A stretch of 64,000 nt of DNA, from contig CAWDVE010000013.1 in NCBI GenBank assembly GCA_963805625.1, positions 480,001 to 544,000 on the forward strand, read 5' to 3'. This document shows, one piece after another, positions 60,548 through 64,000 of the stretch. How positions within the stretch are numbered: the stretch's first letter is position 1; each line of letters opens with the position of its first letter. Both the position numbers and the translations under genes were made by a program. The notes beneath the pieces are model-generated. The model ran no database searches. It was not told the DNA's origin and saw only the letters and a list, made by a program, of their open reading frames with translations. This DNA comes from an uncultured Candidatus Rokubacteria bacterium (lineage in GTDB: Bacteria > Methylomirabilota > Methylomirabilia > Rokubacteriales > DASRDR01).

Positions 60548-62416
60548 ATGTGCGGCGTCTGCGGCATCGCGGCTCCCGGCGGAGGGCTCGACAGCGCCCA
60601 GGCGAGCCACCACGTCCGCGCGATGGTCGACGCGCTCGCTCACCGGGGACCGGACGACTCGGGCCTCCACGGGACGAGCGCGGCGGTGCTGGGAGCGACG
60701 CGGCTCGCGATCCGCGGCCTCGCGGACGGCCGGCAGCCGATGGTCGACGCCGGGAGCGGGGTCGTGGTGGTCTGCAACGGCGAGATCGACAATCACGCGA
60801 GCCTCCGAGCGTGGCTGGCGGCGCGCGGGCGTCCCGTCGCCTCCGCCACCGACGTCGCGGTCATTCCCGGTCTCTACCTGGAGCTGGGGGACAGCTTCGT
60901 CGAGCGGCTGGCCGGGGTGTTCGCCGTCGCCATCTGGGACCCCCGCGAGGGCCGGCTGCTCCTGGCCCGTGACCGGGCCGGGGAGCGCCCCCTGTTCTAC
61001 TGTCAGGCGAACGGCATGGTGCGCTTCGCGACCGAGATCGCGGCCCTGAGAGTGGACCCCGCCCTCGAGCTCACGCCGGACCGGAGTGCCCTGGCCCGCT
61101 ACGTCCGGTTCGGATACTTCACGGCGCCCGAGACGCCGTTCACCCAGGTCCGCAAGGTCGCACCGGGAGAGGTGGTCGTCATCGAGCCGGACCGGGTGAC
61201 GCGACGCCGATACTGGCGCTGGGCGATCACGACAGCCCCGAGACGGGTCCCGACGGTCGAGGCGTTCGATGAAATCTTCCGGGAGGCCGTCCGCCGCCAG
61301 TCCGACGCCGAGGTCGAGTGCGGCGTGTTCCTGAGCGGGGGGCTGGATTCCTCCCTCGTCGCGGCGGTCGCGAAGAGCCTCGCGCCCCGCCGCCGGCTCC
61401 GCGCCTACACGCTCCGCTTCGCCGAGACCTCCTACGACGAGGGAGTCTTTGCCGAGCAGATCGCTCGACACCTCGGGCTCGACTGGACCCCTGTCTCCGT
61501 CACGCCGGAGGTGCTCCAGGAGGGCATCCCGGAGCTCATCCGCGTCGTGGGCGAGCCGCTCGCCGATCCGGCCTGGGTGCCCACGGCCCTGCTCGCCCGC
61601 CGGGCGTCACGGGACGTGAAGCTCGCGCTCGTCGGCGAGGGTGCGGACGAGCTGTTCGGAGGGTATCCCACGTACGTCGGCGCCACCCTGGCCGAGCGCT
61701 ACACGCGCCTCCCCAGAGCGGTGCGCGCCGTGCTTCGGGCCCTGGTCGACCGGTGGCCGCCCAGCGACCGCAAGGTGACCCTGTCCTATCTGCTCAAGCG
61801 GTTCGTGGCCGCTGCCGAGCTCAAGGCGGTGGATCGACACCGGCACTGGACGTCGAGCATCTCCCCCGAGCTCCTCGAGCGGCTGGGCATCGAGCACGAC
61901 ACGTCCGACGCGCCCGACGTGGACGGGGAGGTCCTCGACGTCCTCCAGCGAATCGACCTGGAGACCTCCCTGGCAGAGGGGCTCTTGACGAAGGCCGACC
62001 GCGCGAGCATGAACTCGGCCCTCGAGCTCCGCGCTCCCTATCTCGACCAGGCGGTCATGGAGTTCGCCGCGACGCTCCCCGTCGAACAGCGGGTGCGGGG
62101 CGTGGCGACGAAGGTCTTCCTCAAGCGCTTCGCGCTCCGTTACCTGCCGTCCAGGATCGTGTCCCGCCGGAAGCGTGGGCTCTCGGTCCCGCTGGCCCGC
62201 TGGCTCCGGGGGCCGCTCCATGCCTGGGCGGCCTCCCGTCTCGGCGACGATCGGCTCCGCATGGCGGGAGTGGACCCGAACGCGGCGGTCGCACTGCTCG
62301 AAGCGCACCGGAAGCGCCGCGGTGACCACGCGAGAGCCCTCTGGACGCTCATTGTCCTGGCGGAGTGGGTCGCGTGGGCGTCCTGCCAGGGCAGCGCTCC
62401 TGGGGGGGCCAAGTGA
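60548..62416 (+). CDS. asnB: asparagine synthase (glutamine-hydrolysing)-like amidotransferase
   Basis: MCG, HRGPD, NGEI, SGGLDSS, GEGADELFGGY, KADRASM. Confidence 0.9.
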   Translation: MCGVCGIAAPGGGLDSAQASHHVRAMVDALAHRGPDDSGLHGTSAAVLGATRLAIRGLADGRQPMVDAGSGVVVVCNGEIDNHASLRAWLAARGRPVASATDVAVIPGLYLELGDSFVERLAGVFAVAIWDPREGRLLLARDRAGERPLFYCQANGMVRFATEIAALRVDPALELTPDRSALARYVRFGYFTAPETPFTQVRKVAPGEVVVIEPDRVTRRRYWRWAITTAPRRVPTVEAFDEIFREAVRRQSDAEVECGVFLSGGLDSSLVAAVAKSLAPRRRLRAYTLRFAETSYDEGVFAEQIARHLGLDWTPVSVTPEVLQEGIPELIRVVGEPLADPAWVPTALLARRASRDVKLALVGEGADELFGGYPTYVGATLAERYTRLPRAVRAVLRALVDRWPPSDRKVTLSYLLKRFVAAAELKAVDRHRHWTSSISPELLERLGIEHDTSDAPDVDGEVLDVLQRIDLETSLAEGLLTKADRASMNSALELRAPYLDQAVMEFAATLPVEQRVRGVATKVFLKRFALRYLPSRIVSRRKRGLSVPLARWLRGPLHAWAASRLGDDRLRMAGVDPNAAVALLEAHRKRRGDHARALWTLIVLAEWVAWASCQGSAPGGAK

Positions 62417-62501
62417 CGCGTTGCCGTCACCGGCGGGATTCGTGCCCCGCCGTCGCCTGGTTCTTCGCTCGGACGGGAGCGACGAGGCGTTGCCGCGGCG
62501 C

Positions 62502-62894
62502 CTATAACAGTCGGCGCAGCCGGTCGGCGATCTCGGTCGGGCCGACCGTGGCCGGGAACACGAGATCCGCACCCGAGCGCGAGGCCGTACGCCCCATTCG
62601 AGCCGCCGCCTCCGCGACGAGAACGAACGGGACCTTCTCTGCGACGGGGTCGCGGCGCAATTCCGCGCAGAATTCGAGGAGCTCCATGTCGGGAACGGTG
62701 CCGGCCAGAACGACGAGGTCGGGGCCTTCGCCCAGACGCGCCAGGGCGGTGGCGCCGTCCTCGACCTGCACGACCTCGTAGCCAGCACGCTCCAGCGCAC
62801 CCTTCAAGGTCTGGCCACGACGCATGGCGGATCGCTCGGTCCCCGATGGCTGCTCGGTCCCGGTTCCCCCGCTCACCAGCAGCAGTGTGCCCAT
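62502..62894 (-). CDS. atypical (pseudo-)receiver domain protein
   Basis: REC-like LERAGYEV..VEDG...PDLVVLAG..PDM; lacks the acidic pocket, phospho-Asp and Lys. Confidence 0.7.
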   Translation of the reverse strand: MGTLLLVSGGTGTEQPSGTERSAMRRGQTLKGALERAGYEVVQVEDGATALARLGEGPDLVVLAGTVPDMELLEFCAELRRDPVAEKVPFVLVAEAAARMGRTASRSGADLVFPATVGPTEIADRLRRLL

Positions 62895-62917
62895 GGTCGA
62901 TACCGAGATGGCTTGAA

Positions 62918-63033
62918 TGCGAAGGGCGTGCCACGGCGGGGACGCCCCCGCAAGCCGCCGTTGAACCTCAAGTGGATGGACCAGGCCAGCCGCGCCGGCA
63001 TGGCGGAGCGCCACACCGTGTCAAACTTCGGCA
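62918..63033 (-). promoter_or_regulatory. sigma54 promoter with palindromic candidate enhancer
   Basis: TGGCAC-GCCCT-TCGCA (62933-62918); TGTCAAACTTCGGCA at 63019-63033. Confidence 0.6.
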
Positions 63034-63183
63034 ACGGGGGTGACCCCGCGCGTCAGAGCACCGAGCCTCACCCCGAGGCACGGTCAGGACACGGCGGTCG
63101 ACGGGGTTGACTTCTACGGGCACGCCTACCACGCTCTAGCGCGTGAAGCCCGTCACGCGCGTCCATTCGGCTCGCTCCCGCCG

Positions 63184-64000
63184 ATGAGTCCCGGCCACAA
63201 CGGCTGTCTCTGCGATCTCGACCCGAGCGTGCCGTACGAGGGGCCGAGCGCGGCGATCGCGACGCTCGGGGGAAGCCCCACGTGGGGCCTCGGAGATCGC
63301 TTCCACGAGCTGGCGGCAGAGCAAGGGCACGCTCGGCTCGGGGTCCATCGCCCCCGGACCCCGTACGGTCTCGGTCCGCAGATCGAGCACTACCGGGCGC
63401 CGGGCGGCCGCGAGTTCCTCCGCATCCCGACCTACGGCCAGGTCGTCGGCGAGGACCCGCTGCTCCGCGCGAGCGAGTGGAAGACGTTCTGGATCCTCTG
63501 GCAGGCGGGCGTGCGGGTCCTCCTGGTCGGCGGCACCAGCGGGAGCTGCGACTGGCGGCGGAGCGTGAGCGACGAGGACGCCGTCCGCCCGGGCGACCTC
63601 GTCCTGCCGCGGAGCTACCTGCCGCGCGATACGATGCCGACCGGGCTCCCGGGCACCGAGCTCGAGTTCTGTCTCGCCCGCCAGGTCGCGATCATGGACG
63701 ACCCCTTCTGCCCGGCGCTCGCGGGAGCGATCCGCGAGGAAGCCCATCGCGTGCCGGGGTTCCGCTTCCGGCGCGTCCACGGCCCCGAGGGAGGCGTCGT
63801 CCTCAATCGCTGGCTTGCTGGCAATGGCTTCGAGTCGCTGGCGAGTTGCCGGGAGCTCGAGCTGTACGGGCGCCTGACCGGGATGCCGGTCATCACCGGC
63901 GACTGCGTCAGCCCGGTGCTGGCCCGGGTCTGCGGGATGCATCTCGGCTACTACCACGTCGTCGCCAACTGGGGAACCGGGCTCGAGCCCGATGATCCCA
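63184..64000 (+). CDS. second, highly divergent MTAP/PNP-like protein, runs off the window (missing from the ORF track)
   Basis: TLGGSPTWG, RTPYG, GVRVLLVGGTSGS, VRPGDLVLP, DPFCPAL, GFES, LARVCGMHLGYYHVVANW. Confidence 0.75.
   Translation, partial: MSPGHNGCLCDLDPSVPYEGPSAAIATLGGSPTWGLGDRFHELAAEQGHARLGVHRPRTPYGLGPQIEHYRAPGGREFLRIPTYGQVVGEDPLLRASEWKTFWILWQAGVRVLLVGGTSGSCDWRRSVSDEDAVRPGDLVLPRSYLPRDTMPTGLPGTELEFCLARQVAIMDDPFCPALAGAIREEAHRVPGFRFRRVHGPEGGVVLNRWLAGNGFESLASCRELELYGRLTGMPVITGDCVSPVLARVCGMHLGYYHVVANWGTGLEPDDP

Overview
High-GC (about 70% by eye) bacterial chromosomal window. Gene style and content suggest a soil Rokubacteria/Methylomirabilota-like genome, which is an inference. I saw no rRNA, tRNA, CRISPR array, transposase or phage genes. 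The window is mostly catabolic and transport genes: thrB, ccdA, two divergent acetamidase/formamidase paralogs, a Tat-SBP sugar ABC cluster, a DUF1537 kinase-pdxA2 four-carbon acid sugar operon, acyl-CoA ligase/thioesterase, an XdhA-like Mo subunit, a TauD-type dioxygenase, a YagF-type dehydratase, MTAP-like plus NMT1 ABC genes, and ArnT-AsnB. Highlights: (1) a 14-kb signalling locus built on a ~2660-aa hybrid kinase with 12 tandem GAF cassettes joined by near-identical linkers, into which a LivK-type SBP and a TorS-like kinase appear to have been spliced by partial duplication, ending in a DHp-REC-class III cyclase with non-canonical base-specifying residues; (2) a stand-alone ureABC with intact metal ligands but a remodelled substrate pocket and flap and no adjacent accessory genes, a candidate non-urea amidohydrolase; (3) two sigma54 promoters sharing a candidate enhancer motif, driving tiny lipoprotein-like ORFs and a pseudo-receiver; (4) many short intergenic gene remnants. 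The assembly shows long-read-type indels and an apparently garbled or chimeric segment at about 47.6-49.5 kb.
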